A stretch of 64,000 nt of DNA from Balanoglossus misakiensis. Lineage: Eukaryota > Animalia > Hemichordata. The DNA is taken from contig CM082576.2 in assembly GCA_040954595.2 (NCBI GenBank), positions 20,321,028 to 20,385,027 on the forward strand. The letters run 5' to 3'. Positions within the stretch are counted from its first letter, which is position 1. Every line of letters starts with the position of its first letter. Position numbers and translations under genes: made by a program. Shown piece after piece: positions 14,171-26,361 of this stretch. Below the pieces are notes generated by a model. That model was not told the origin of the DNA and did not search any database. It was given only the letters and a program-made list of their open reading frames with translations.

Positions 14171-14659
14171 GTAAAGTCTCCAGTGTTGCTTCCCAGCCAT
14201 TGTCAAATTAAGTCCGCACATAATTACACCTCCAAGTGAAGTGTGATATATAGTAGAATTATGTAAAGCTGCTCTGCAAAGGTATGTTTATTTCAGGCAG
14301 GGGCACCTCCTGAAAAAAACATCACTTAGCCTCATGGGCTTTAATCAGATATATCCTAAGTTGTAACAAGTGGGAAGCACTTATAGGCTGACCAAGTCAA
14401 ATCAAGTTGCAGGTTTTAATGACTTTCCCAGGCTCTGGTTATTTTAATTACCCAAGTTATAATTACTTATCACCCAATACTCATGCAGTCTGATTTACTC
14501 TGTCAAAGTACCCTATGGGATATCCATGACAGATTGCAACAAATCCAGATTTGGTAGTTAAGTGTGGTATACCCATGGTAGCTTACTGTGTATGAAAACC
14601 ATGAGAAAGATTACTATGATTCAGTTACGCCATCTTGTATTTGTATATGCCTTGAGTAG

Positions 14660-14909
14660 CATCTGTCACATGTCACCTGGACAACCAAGTCAAATTGGAA
14701 GTCAGTCTCCACAAAAACTGTCGTCCTCTCAACAGAAACTGACTCAACCAAGTCAGCCCCAGATGCAGGGCCAAGTTCAAAGGACATCAATGCCTTCTGC
14801 CCAGCCTACCGCTTTTCCAAACCAACCAGTATCCACTGTCACAGCAAGCAGGACACAACCCAATGTGACTGTTTCAAGTATCTCCATGAGACAATTTTCA
14901 TCCACCCAG
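14660..14909 (+). pseudogene. Gln/Ser/Pro-rich exon, probable MED25 linker (copy 1)
   Basis: SPGQPSQIGSQSPQK...FSSTQ ending CAG|gtacac. Acceptor uncertain and phase inconsistent with the previous exon. Confidence 0.55.
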
Positions 14910-15340
14910 GTACACTTGTGGTCTATCTTCTACTTAATGAGATTTAAATTAGCTGTTTCTAGTTACCCATCCTGTGAATTGAAAGCTTTTTTTGACTGTT
15001 TCACATAGCCTTGTCTTACCATTGCCTTTAAAGTAGACTATTTTTTTCAAAACACATTCAAAACTTCTGTTTTGGTTGCTAGAAGCCCACTCTGTCAATG
15101 CAAAGACTTATTTGGATAATGCCACAGACTCAGAGATCAATTCCAATTTTAATGAGATTAATGTGAAAAGCCTAAACCCAATCCTGTCCAAATGTCTGTG
15201 TGTGTGTTGGAAATGGGACTTCAAGAGTTGCAAGTTCAACATCGAATTAAAAATTGGAAGTCATGAATTAAACATGGTGGTTTGAATACTGGCCTTGATA
15301 ATGCTCCATACTAACTAGGTTTGTTACTCTTTTTGGACAG

Positions 15341-15521
15341 GCAATTTCACCACCAAAGATGACTTCCCAGCAGGCACCAGCTGCTGCACTGAAAGCCGTA
15401 GAAGGTGTCATGCAAATGGCAAATGCTAGTCAGTTCAGTAAGACTCCACCAATTGCTGATGTGAATCCTATCAACTCCAAGCCCTAGAGATGGTCAGGTA
15501 CTGATTCACAGCCACAAAGAG
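15341..15521 (+). pseudogene. MED25-like central exon with in-frame stop (copy 1)
   Basis: ggacag acceptor, G|gtaggt donor; AISPPKMTSQQAPAAALKAVEGVMQMA...KP*RW with TAG at 15485-15487. The same stop is present in copy 2. Confidence 0.6.
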
Positions 15522-15528
15522 GTAGGTA

Positions 15529-15690
15529 CAGTCAAACCTGTCTATACTGGCCAGTCAAGGGACTTTCCTAAACTGGCATTTATAGACAGGGGGCTTCGAT
15601 AGACAGGTCAATTAATGTGCAATGTACATGTACATGAATTGAAACAAAGTGGCCACTATATAGTGGTGGAAACAAACACAGATTTGACTG
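15529..15690. mobile_element. Tc1/mariner-like MITE
   Basis: ta|cagtcaaacctgt ... acagatttgactg termini. Confidence 0.5.
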
Positions 15691-16324
15691 TCAAATATGT
15701 TATGTTGCCACTGCAGTCATTTCGATTGGTTTGATTATACTTTGCCAAAACCTGAGGAAAAAAATATTCAAGTTCCCCTTTTCATATTCTCCTATCAAAG
15801 GTATAATACGCCAATGTCATGGTAAAATTTTGGTGACATTTTCTGCTAACTGCTAAAGGCAAATTAACATTTGTTTGTTTTTCAGTATTTTTCACTGAAG
15901 GAATTAACCCTAGTTTCTTGTTCAGCTCTGGATAGCTTTATGAAATGTTCAGTCTTTAGCTTTTCAACAGAACTTGTACATGAGTAATGGGCATTGTGTA
16001 TATTAAATGAACTCAGACTAGAATTTATTTTTCAACAATAACAATGTTGAACAATATGTAGAACACCATTGTTTGAAAACCAAACTCTGAGTACCTTGAT
16101 CGTGCCATCTGTTCGACCGTGTCATTAGTTCGACCTTCCACTATTCTTTCGATAATTAATTATTTTATAACCTCGAAGTGTTGGACCAGTGCGTAATTGC
16201 CTACTGTGAATTTCCAGCCATTTGTTTCTGGTTGAATTATTGGCGTGATTACGGTAATTCTTAATGTTTTACAGAGTAGAATAAGACATCACGGCTGATA
16301 TCCAAAGTTAATGTTGGAGTTATT

Positions 16325-16638
16325 TAAGCAATAAAACACTCCCAGCCATGGTATATCACGAGATTTTGACCAGTTCATGACATATACGCACGAGTGATAG
16401 CGAGTGCGTATATGGAGTTGAACTGGTCAAAATCGAGTGGTATACCATGGCCGGGGGTGTTTTATTGCTATTATATCATGCCGGTATATTGAAACTTTGC
16501 ATAAAACATTTTAAAAAGGCATTTTCTTTGACTATGATAAATAACTGTGGTATATGACTAATATATCACAGTCACGTGTCGTGTCTCGACCAATAAAATA
16601 GCGTGATTTACACCATCAATATACTGGTATACTATAAT
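16325..16638 (+). mobile_element. Terminal-hairpin non-autonomous element, family A
   Basis: Hairpin with roughly 65-bp arms (about 16329-16470), then a body bounded by short inverted repeats. Inverted copy at 17745-18052; both present in copy 2 (about 44490-44800 and 45775-46082). Confidence 0.75.
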
Positions 16639-16671
16639 AACGATTTAATACTACTCTGTTTACTTATGCAG

Positions 16672-16812
16672 TCATCGATGCAAACAGGAGTGCAGTCAAC
16701 ACAACCGACAGTACCTAATGTGAGCTGCAGCAAGAATCCACCTGTCACCACTGGCACCAATGTTGTTCGAACTCTGACACAGCCACAAGTACATGTACAA
16801 AACCAGTCATTG
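16672..16812 (+). pseudogene. Gln/Thr-rich exon, probable MED25 linker (copy 1)
   Basis: atgcag acceptor, G|gtatgt donor, 141-nt open frame SSMQTGVQSTQPTVPNV...QNQSL. Confidence 0.6.
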
Positions 16813-17270
16813 GTATGTTATGTTATGAACTGAGTTATAATACCCATCTATCCCTTTTGCCTGGCAAGTGACATTTTATCACTTTTCAGTATTTTAATAG
16901 AACTGCATTTGTATAATTTGTTACCTAACATGACATCAGAAGATGGCAGCTTGATATCTTAACTGAGGACATTGGATGACCAGTAGATAAAGATTTTCTT
17001 TGATATCAATGACATCAGACGCAGTTCCATTGGCATTCAAATTTCCAGCTAACGGGGAATTTCAGCAATGTGGTGCAAATGACGACTGTGCAGACGAATG
17101 CCAAGATGCTGTTGAGGCACCATGACTGATACATGTTACCTGTCTGGTGGTTCTAAAGTATAAACACATATGGAAAAATATTATACGGGATACCACAATA
17201 TTGTTTTCCCATTACCTGGAAATGACAATGCTTTGTGTCACATGGCCAGATCATGTGATTGATATTTAAT

Positions 17271-17720
17271 CAATAACCCCCACTGAAGGCGGGTATACGC
17301 GATATTTTGGTACAATTCGAGACATATAGCACGAGCCGTCAGGCGAGTGCTATATGGAGGAAATTGTACCCAAATCAAGTGTATACCCGACTGAGGCGGG
17401 GGTTATTGCCATTATATTATATCAACAATTGTTTTTGTGGCATATCAGTGTCATTTTCTTACCGAAACTGAAATTACGATCGTGAACCAACATGGCGACG
17501 ATGAATGTAAACACGAGCGGCCGGGATCGAGCATTAAACATGAAGCAGACGACAAAAAGTGACAAGACGGGCATCGCGCGTGACAAAGTGACAAATATTT
17601 TCACAGAGCAGTTCCAAAATGAAACATCTGTTCATTCAACAGTATTTTTGTTTTATTTATTTGATTTAAACACGCGCGACTGTGGTTTAACCGCACATTT
17701 TTGCTGCCATATGCTAGTTC
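17271..17720 (+). mobile_element. Terminal-hairpin element, family B (truncated)
   Basis: caataaccccc...gggggttattg hairpin (about 17271-17408) with tip gcac-GA-gcc-GTCA-ggc-GA-gtgc. Confidence 0.65.
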
Positions 17721-17744
17721 AGCAGTGCATTATTGAGTATTATA

Positions 17745-18052
17745 TTATACCAGTATATTGATGGTGTAAATCACGCTTTTTGATTGGTCGAGACACGACA
17801 CGTGACCGTGATATATTAGCCATATACCACAGTCATATATCATAGTCAAAGAAAATGCCTTTTTAAAATGTTTTATGCAAAGTTTCAATATAACGGCATA
17901 ATATAATAGCAATAAAACACCCCCAGCCATGGTATACCACGAGATTTTGATCAGTTCAACTCCATATACGCACTCGCTATCGCTCGTGCGTATATGTTGT
18001 GAACTGGTCAAAATCTCGTGGTATACCATGGCTGGGGGTGTTTTATTGCTTA
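17745..18052 (-). mobile_element. Terminal-hairpin element, family A, inverted copy
   Basis: Reverse complement of 16325-16638. Confidence 0.75.
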
Positions 18053-18161
18053 ATTTTAGCATCGCTGGATTGAGCTCTCATCCAATCAGAATTGTGGACG
18101 GTAGCATGATATAATATAATACAGAATTATTTACAGTCATGATTTGTATGTGTTATTACAG

Positions 18162-18324
18162 GATAATACTTCACTACCAATGGATCTGGACATACCAGTG
18201 CCCTCTACAGCTCAAGTGCATCAAGTTGACTCACCAGCAGCAAGTTGATCCACAACAACAAAAACAACAACAACAACAACAGCAGAAAAGTGTTGTTTGG
18301 CACGGAGCCTTGGAATGGCAAGAG
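18162..18324 (+). pseudogene. MED25: MED25-like exon: polyQ plus start of the ACID/PTOV domain (copy 1)
   Basis: QQQQKSVVWHGALEWQE|gt resembles MED25 KLLAWSGVLEWQE. Frameshift relative to the 5' part of the exon. No later ACID exons found. Confidence 0.8.
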
Positions 18325-18506
18325 GTGTGTACAGCTCACATACAAATAACTAATTAAAACAATTGACTGTAGGTCAATGGGGTTATTGTGGTTGGATCAT
18401 GTTGGATAGTGAGCATTTTTCGATAAACGATTTGATTTTTAGGGTGCTTCCAGATGTATCTTTGGAGGGTACACATTACACAAATTATGAGCTTGGCTGA
18501 ACAACG

Positions 18507-18775
18507 TGTGGTAGTACCCATCAAGGAAGTACACAGATTGGTCTTTCATCCAGAGGCACACAGTGTACATGCAATGCAATCATTTCCCTTTGTATGTCTT
18601 AACAAAGCAACCTTATACCACAGAAGCAGATTTAGATAAAAAATTTCATCTGGGTGATAAACTATATAAGTCCACTGTAACTTGGGATTTGAAACTCAAT
18701 GATAATTTTGTTAGTGACATTCTCGTGTTGGATGACCTACAACACTTTGTATTCATTAATTCATTGCATAAGTAG
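18507..18775 (+). pseudogene. Remnant of herpesvirus-tegument-type deubiquitinase (peptidase C76-like), probably from a Helitron/Helentron
   Basis: CGSTHQGSTQIGLSSRGTQCTCNAIISLC, then after a frameshift ADLDKKFHLGDKLY...ILVLDDL. Fits the HQG...GxQCxxN...DLDxxxxxGDxLY signature. Confidence 0.7.
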
Positions 18776-19070
18776 AGGTGAAATATTTAAATACATGTAA
18801 TAACACATGTTAGCGAGGGCAATATCATGATCTTTGGCCTGCACAAGGGATGATGATTGGAGTCAATTTTTTCCCCACATCAATCACTTGGTGCCATGTT
18901 TCAAAACTCACGCACTGTGGAGTTCCAGTTTATGAATAACAGCCAGGAAGCATACATATCTCTCTTCAGAATAATGTCTGGAGGATTTGTAAGTATTATC
19001 TTATAATTGCACTGTAAAATTAAAGGATCATGTCAATTGTACTGCCATGCACCTGCAACTGACCCTCCAG

Positions 19071-19193
19071 ATATGAATGAATGTCACAGTGGTGGAAATG
19101 CATGTCAACACTGTTGTATGAATACCCATGGTAGTTATCTCTGCGCTTGCAGACCAGGATTCTATCTGCTGGAAGATGGCCATGCATGTGGCG
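19071..19193 (+). CDS. Calcium-binding EGF-like exon 1 (copy 1)
   Basis: Phase 1-1, 123 nt, DMNECHSGGNACQHCCMNTHGSYLCACRPGFYLLEDGHACG. About 0.86 kb of upstream intron, including the pyrimidine tract, is missing relative to copy 2. Confidence 0.85.
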
Positions 19194-19210
19194 GTATGTA
19201 ACTGTGGATT

Positions 19211-19352
19211 TTGGTCTCTTCTGTGGCTACATTGTTTGGGGATTGTATATTGCTATGGTTACAATCAGCTAAACATTGGTCTCTTCTGTGGCTACATTGT
19301 TTGGGGATTGTATATTGCTATGGTTACAATCAGATAAACATTGGTCTCTTCT
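19211..19352. repeat. 65-bp tandem repeat
   Basis: ttggtctcttctgtggctacattgtttggggattgtatattgctatggttacaatcagctaaaca repeated. Three units at about 48076-48272; the third unit here is split by an insertion. Confidence 0.85.
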
Positions 19353-19354
19353 GT

Positions 19355-20102
19355 AGTGCCTTTCTCACGTGCCGTCAACGCTGCCCCAGCGGCTGCCCTA
19401 GGGCGGCGTTAATTTGTAAGTGCCACGTGTGAAAAGGTGAGAGCAGCCCTGCGCCGCTCTTTTTTTGTGACGGTGTTGAGGGGTGGGACCTGGGTCGGGG
19501 CGCCGCACTAAACAGCGATTCAAATCACGTGTGAACAGAAACACCGCACTAAACGCCGATCTAAACGCACTCTGCCGACGCGGTTTGTCTCATTAAGCGC
19601 TGCATTAAGCGTTGAGGTTCACTTTACTAAAACAATGGCCGAAGCAGTGTCTCGAGGCAACAATTGGAATGACACGGAAATGGCCAAGGCACATACAAAG
19701 GAATTGCAAACTCGACCTCCAACGACGATTTAGTAGCATGGACTGCAGTCTTCCAGGCGCAACCTCCAATGAAAGGTTACCATAAACCGGTATCGGTTCA
19801 TTCAAATGCCCATGAAATCGGCGCCGGCGACGTTTAAAAAGCAAATTCAGGAGTACCATATACAGTAGCTCTGGACTTATACGCTGTTTGGGTATAAGTC
19901 CAGAGCTACATATACAGTAAACACATCACTGAATCCGCCATTGCGACCTTTAGCCACGCTGCTATGGACGCATTGAGTGCGGTGATCCCGTCCCTTTTAT
20001 ACACATGTGAATGCAAAACTATTTGAGTCGCTGATAAGAATGTTTACCAACTTTTATAATCCCAAAAAGGGCGCCCTAATCATTGCACGTGTGCAAGCGA
20101 CT
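19355..20102 (+). mobile_element. Harbinger-like non-autonomous element (copy 1 only)
   Basis: TGT 3-bp TSD, imperfect TIRs and an empty site in copy 2. Decayed MAEAVSRGNNWNDTE at 19635 resembles the start of a Myb/SANT-like protein. Confidence 0.6.
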
Positions 20103-20705
20103 TGTGGCTACACTGTTTAGGGATTGCATATTGCTATGGTTACAATCAGCTAAACACACATCCTGTCTATCCATTGCACACATTTTAAAATTTGAAATCA
20201 ACCGCACACTCGTACTGAACACATGTTTGTTGAAATTGTATCTTAGAATTTTTCCAATTATAATTATGCATAATATAAACAAATTAACAAATGTGAAAAC
20301 TTATCTTTGAAAATGTGTTTGCAAGGGTGAAGAAGTAATCTGTATTTTAAAAATCAGACAAAGTTTTGCTGACAGGGTACACAAGTTTCAGGGGATTTTG
20401 GAGAGAGTGTTAAAATTCCTAGGAAGAGATTGCCATGGATATTGAGGACTTTGGTGTAAACACAATTAATTGATCAAGAAATATGTGGTTAAGAATATGT
20501 GTCATCAACCTCACACGACACTATAAGACTGTCTGATATATTCATGTACAAGTATTTTCACTACTTATTTGCATAATTCAATGGAATTAACATAAATTAT
20601 CAACCTATAGCTAAGTAAATTACCTCTGCAAAGAATAAATATACACTCAGAAAATTCATATAGTTTTCATCTCATTACAAAATGCTTCTCTGAGGGTACA
20701 GTAAT

Positions 20706-21450
20706 AGTCTTTACGGCCCTGATACGGGTTTTGCGGCCCGAGGTCGTACGGCGGAAGCGCCCGACCGCAGGGAGGGCGCGAATCGCCGTACGACCGAGGG
20801 CCGCAAAACCCGTATCAGGGCCGTAAAGGTTTTATCATATGCCTTATTGAACAATAATCAACAAGAAATTAATAAAATACACATTCTGTAATATTTTGGA
20901 ATGTAAATATTACGTTTTTATCTATCGTTTTGAAATGATCAATCGCGTAGCATAGAGCCGTATTCCTCCAGTTCTTGCGGATTGATATGCACGATGTCAT
21001 TTGTTTACATTCTATTGCACGTGAGATATAGACGCGCTCGAACTCACACAGCTGAGCGCGAGCAAAACATTATTTTTTCTTCGCGACGATCGACGCCGAC
21101 AGTCACATATTAATCAGATCAATTCATCAATTTTACTATTCATATTTCCAAATAAAGCTCTACAACATGCAGCGATTACGGGAGATGATGGGATTCGGTA
21201 GCGGCATAGGACGTACACACACTGCAAGTGCACTAGTCTTTGACACCGCACCAGAAAAATTAAATTCAGAACGTAGCAACGACAACTTTCGAATCTCGCG
21301 CAATAAACACAAAACTAGATCCGGATATTGAACGCGTCTTCCAAATATGGTCACCGGGCCGGGGCGTGATAAGCAAAAAAACTGCACGGATGTGAGGGCG
21401 CTTTTCCCCATAGACTTTACATTGGCACGTGAATATAGGCATATGATAAT
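20706..21450 (+). mobile_element. Terminal-hairpin element, family C (copy 1 only)
   Basis: ctttacggccctgatacggg...cccgtatcagggccgtaaag hairpin, then ttatcatatgcc...ggcatatgataa inverted repeats. Empty site at about 48830. Confidence 0.85.
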
Positions 21451-21840
21451 TTTTAACGGGTATATTCTTGATAACTCATCACCGTGAATGATCATTTCAA
21501 AACTTAACAAGGCATATGGCTAAAGAGGATTCAGTGTTTGTGCACCTTCTATCAACAATGCTGGATCTATTGACAGTTTTCAAAGGGGTTTTTAAGACTC
21601 GTCCTTTTATTCAGCACTATTTCATTCCATTGCTTTTTTGGTTTATAGGGATTGTCTTTCAGAACTGTTTCTGTTTGTTTGGGGGTTTTAAGTGTAATTG
21701 TTATCCTTTAAGCATTCACTTGTTTTCTAATTTTATTATTTTCTGTAGAAAATGCACTGAGATGTATGTGTATTACTTTTGTTAGGAAATAAATAATAAT
21801 AAATTTATTAATAATAACTACCTTTGATTTCAGATTTCAG

Positions 21841-21961
21841 ATTTTTCTCAATGAATATATGGAGAGAGCAGATCTTTGTGGAGGCCAGTGTGTGAATACA
21901 GCAGGGTCTTTTTATTGCACTTGTGCTGTGGCATATTGATTGGTCAATGGAGATTGTACAG
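21841..21961 (+). pseudogene. Degenerate calcium-binding EGF exon 2 (copy 1)
   Basis: NEYMERADLCGGQCVNTAGSFYCTCAVAY*LVNGDCT|gtaag. First Cys lost, in-frame TGA, disturbed acceptor. Confidence 0.8.
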
Positions 21962-22825
21962 GTAAGATCAACACAATATAGAAATAATGCACAACGCCCT
22001 GACCATTAACGTTTGTTTTTGGGCAAGGGCGAGGGGAAAGCCCAAAATTCATGGGCAAGGCTTCTGAGCCCATGAAATTTGGCTTTCCTAGAGCCCGAGC
22101 CCTATATTTATTTCCATTACATTACCAACAATCTCAAGAAAACCATCAATATTTATGAAAATGTCCCACACACAAGACTAGGGGCCCCAGAACTTGTGTT
22201 ATGCAAAATGTTGTGTTCACTGAACTATTTGCTAATATTACTATTCAGATTTACGGGCATGTAAACAAACCATTACTGGGTATTTGTGGTCAGTGATGTC
22301 GTTCATCTTGCCCAATTAAAATGCGACGCACAGACCATGGTAATATAATATGTGGTCAACGAAAGGTCCTATATCTGTAACTTTTGAATTTTTATTCAGT
22401 ATTATGCTTGTTATCAACCATCATTTCTTGTTCAGCTCGGTGAAGCAGGGTAAGCAATGTTGTTATTGTTTAAAAATTGTATTCAAGCCTGGGTCTGGAC
22501 TTGGATGCAATTTGTCAATAATAACAGTGATTGGTAACTGCATGTTTTCATAACTGGCTATCTGTTAAAGAGACCATTTGCTGTGTGTACAGTACACATG
22601 CCATTGGCAGCTTATGGGTCAGCCAGTGTTTGCCTGTTAATCTCTCGTTGTGTATGTGTGTCTGTACAGTCAGATCGCATGGTACTCATTAACATATGTT
22701 AATGAGGGAAAGTACTTCATACCATGTAGCCGTTACCGTGGGCCCCGCTGAAGGGTCGCGAAATAGGCCATTTTTTTACGCGACATTATAGACCTGATTT
22801 CAGGCGAACAGGACTGTGTACAAAA

Positions 22826-23750
22826 TTGAGTATAGACAACTCAGGTTTTAAAGGATTTTCATCATTTCCACTGTGTCAATGTCAGTACATCCTTGCTATG
22901 AGAAAAAGCCATCCCTTGTGTACTTCGTGCTTATCGCGGGCAAACAATTTGTTTAAAATCCCTGATTTTGATATGGTGCAAACATTTCACCAACAAATAA
23001 CACACCATTTGCCCTTACTCAAGACACCCTGATTTGTTTGAAATGCTATAAAACATTTGTTGCTTTAGCGGAAAAAGCAAGGTGTAGTATTCAACAAGGC
23101 CTAATTATGTCGAGTGATATAGCACTTGCTGAAGAAATTAAAAAATATGTCACAATGCTACAAAAAGGCTGCAGCTGTGACACCGACTTGGTGAATTTTG
23201 CATGCTGGAAAACTGTTGTCTTTTTAGGAGAAGTGCTCCTCAGAAAACACGCCATTCTATTGTTTGACGTCAGGCAATATTTCAATGATTGTTTAGATGA
23301 TGAATATCAGCCTTTGCGACCCAAGGTCAAGGTACAACCAGTGGAATTCCACAGAAAACCTAATAGCTGGCTTATTCGGGAATTTCTATGTGTGTATTAT
23401 CCAATTCACCTTTCTGTTGTATCAAAAGTGAGTAGAAAGTTCTCCACCTTTTTGTACCGAACGGGTTCAGATCTCACTATTCCCTCCAAAATGCACTTGT
23501 CGAACATCCCCAGTATGTTGTGCATACAACAGATAGAGAGGCTTGAAAAGCAAGTAAGAGACTTGAGTAAAGTTGACGTTGACTTTTTCAAAATGCTTGA
23601 TTGGGTGGCTGTGAAATTAAATGCCAGCATTTATCAGCAATCTTAAAAATTCAGTATAAATTACTGCAAAACAAACTGTTGAACTGAGTACACTTGATGT
23701 TGAATATATTGTCAGTGAGATTGACCCTGTGTTATGGAATACTATTTTTA
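22826..23750 (+). pseudogene. Academ transposase N-terminal region (Cys-rich start, frameshifted)
   Basis: Overlapping ORFs 22826-23032 and 23038-23646 with CxxC pairs (CTSC, CLKC). Frame continues to DPVLWNTIFY before an insertion. Confidence 0.6.
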
Positions 23751-24239
23751 TATATAATCCCATGATATTTTTCTTTGTTTGACGTCATCGTATACGAGTG
23801 TTTTCGCAGAGCTGTGCAACTTCGAGCCCTAGGCGAGAAGTTGCTAGACTCCGCGAAAACCACGAGTATACGATGACGTAAATAAAGAAAAATATCATGG
23901 GATTATATATTTATCACATGAACAGTCTTCTTATTTTTCGTTAGAAGAGGTAGGATACAATATTCCAATATCCTGCTAAAATATTCGAGCGGCCTTGTAC
24001 TTTATTTAGCGGGATTACGTTCTTTCCCCTGTGCAACGATCTGTGGCCCCAACGAGATATGCTAATTATGGAATCACTTTCATTCATAAAGTGAAATCGA
24101 CTTTCAAGTTTTTACACTTTTGCGTCTTGTCTACCAATCAGATTCGCGGAGTCAGTCACATGGGCCAGAATTTTGATACATTCTGCCTGTCAATCATTGT
24201 CTCGCGCTGTGTACATGTCAACACAACGTCCTAGCAATT
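23751..24239 (+). mobile_element. Terminal-hairpin element, family D (truncated in copy 1)
   Basis: tatataatcccatgatatttttc...gaaaaatatcatgggattatata hairpin then tttatcacatgaac. Full-length version at 51916-55867. Confidence 0.8.
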
Positions 24240-24927
24240 CGTTGAACAACAGTGAATGCAGTAAATTAAAAAGCCCCAACTTTGAATGGAATAAACACTA
24301 CTATGGATTTTATGACCAGCACTCTATGGAGAGTAGAGCACAATTCCTCAGGCGTTTGTTTTGTGTGTATGATATTGTTCACTTGTTCTGATCATTGTAC
24401 TTACCCATTGCATACTTACCTGGCTGACATTGTTGAAGGTTATAGTAGGTCATCTACTCTAGTGAAAATTCTAAATTGATTTGGTATTATTTGTTCTGGA
24501 GATACATTGCATAGATACATGTTGGGAGTTATCAACAAAAGAACATCAGCTGATTTCACAGAGGAAAATATTGCAAATAATGCATTTTGTATAATTTCCA
24601 TTGACAATATTGATAAATCAGCTAAATATGCAGCTGTTAGAGCTGATCCAAAGGACAGAGGTTTCCACGGTACTTCTTATCAAATGGTCCAACCAAAACC
24701 AAAGTCAATTTTGAACAGTGTTGATGGTATTGTTTTTGGCTGTCATGACAAACATTCAACTGTCAAAGATTTTAAGCTATTCAACATATATGGTGATGGA
24801 AGGTGCTTTTTCAGGAGCATCTCTGTGAGAAATGATATTGCATTGCAAAATTGCGATCATTTACCTAGTGGACTCCCTTCTGACCCAATTTTAGCTGACC
24901 GAGAGAAAATATTCGCAGACAAGTTAA

Positions 24928-26022
24928 GGGACTGTCCAGAATTTACTTCCAGGGGGGGGCTGGAGGATTTTCAGGGGGGGCCACCCATTTTCCCCAAGAA
25001 AAATTAGGGGGGGTCAGACATAAAAATCACAATCCTTTAGGGGGGGCCATGTAAAATACTCTCACAAACTCAATATTTGCCCAGAAGCACTGATTTATAC
25101 AATGTATAAGAAACAAACCACCATGGCTACCTGGATGACAGATGAACTCCGCAAGTGCATTAAATCTTCATAAGCTTGAATTTCCGGTAATTTTTACGGT
25201 GGGTTATTTTGTATATCTACTACAGTTTCTTGTTCTACTCTGCTAAGCATAATAAAATGCCCAGTATTTGGCCTGCCAGCACAGACCATAAATGTACAGT
25301 GAACAGTCAGTGTTGTTACTGTTGACGAGCTCAATTCAAGTCCAGACTAGAATTCGTTAAGTTTCTCATCAATCATTCATATATGTATATAAAAAGTTAA
25401 TTTGCTTTTGGGTTCATTAAAATGCAGCTTTGAGCTCTGTATTTTATAAAATTTTCTTACAGGGGAGGGGGACACCCCCTCCCAAACCCACCCCCTTCAC
25501 TTCTCGGTTTACAATATCTGCCAACACAGAATACAAATACTTAACAAATATAAACAATGTTCAGTTTTAATATCCACTGATGAGGAAAAACATCAGTTTC
25601 AAATTCTTTTCATGGGAGCGCTGTTTTTCTTTTTTTACAAGATAGATAGGTGATGTGTTTTGCTGTGTGAAAGAAAATGGGGGGTGGGATTTCAAAATTT
25701 TAAGCTGTTCGGAAGGGGGGGATTTGAAAATATTTCGGGTTGTTGAGGGGGGCATGTGAAAATTAACGGTAAAAAAAATTAATTCTCCCCCCCCCCTTCC
25801 AGAGGTGTTTGTAAATGCAGCTTATCAGACTGTATGTGTCGTAGTCTGTACCGGTAAGCATGCATGTATATATTGGGGGGGGGGTCATGGAAAAAAAACA
25901 GGAAATTTACGGGGGGGCCACAGATTTCCTCCACAATTTACAAGGGGGGGCCATGGAAAAAAATCACCAGGAAAATAAGAAATCCTCCAGCCCCACCCTG
26001 GAAGTAAATTCTGGACAGTCCC
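24928..26022. mobile_element. PIF/Harbinger-like MITE
   Basis: TAA|gggactgtccagaatttacttccaggg...ccctggaagtaaattctggacagtccc|TAA. Interrupts the OTU coding region. Confidence 0.85.
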
Positions 26023-26025
26023 TAA

Positions 26026-26361
26026 AGGGACAAAGTCTCTCTCTCGCTGCCCTTTTTCCATCAATTATGTATGATGCAAGACACCGTTGATGTTATTCTA
26101 CATGTGGATATATAGTGAATCAACGTTCAACCACACACAACTTCCATCTGGTTTGTATGATATGAGTGAAAATCTCGCCAAAATGAATAAACGGTAAACA
26201 CCAATTATTCATTTAGGTGAGTTTTCTGTCTCGTGTCTACAAACGGGATGGAAGTTTGTGTGGTTGAACATTGATTCGCTATATATCCACATGTAGAATA
26301 ACATAAACGGTGTCTTGCATCAAACATAATTACTGGAAAAAGGGCAGCGAGAGAGAGACTT
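26026..26361. mobile_element. Kolobok-like MITE, right end deleted
   Basis: agggacaaagtctctctctcgctgccc with its inverse at 26342-26361; same family as 40747-41269. Inserted at an original TTAA. Confidence 0.75.

Noticed and set aside
4409-19193. Functional MED25 gene or intact MED25-EGF fusion protein
   Set aside because: Missing VWA and ACID exons, exon phase conflicts, a shared in-frame TAG and a frameshift before the polyQ tract.
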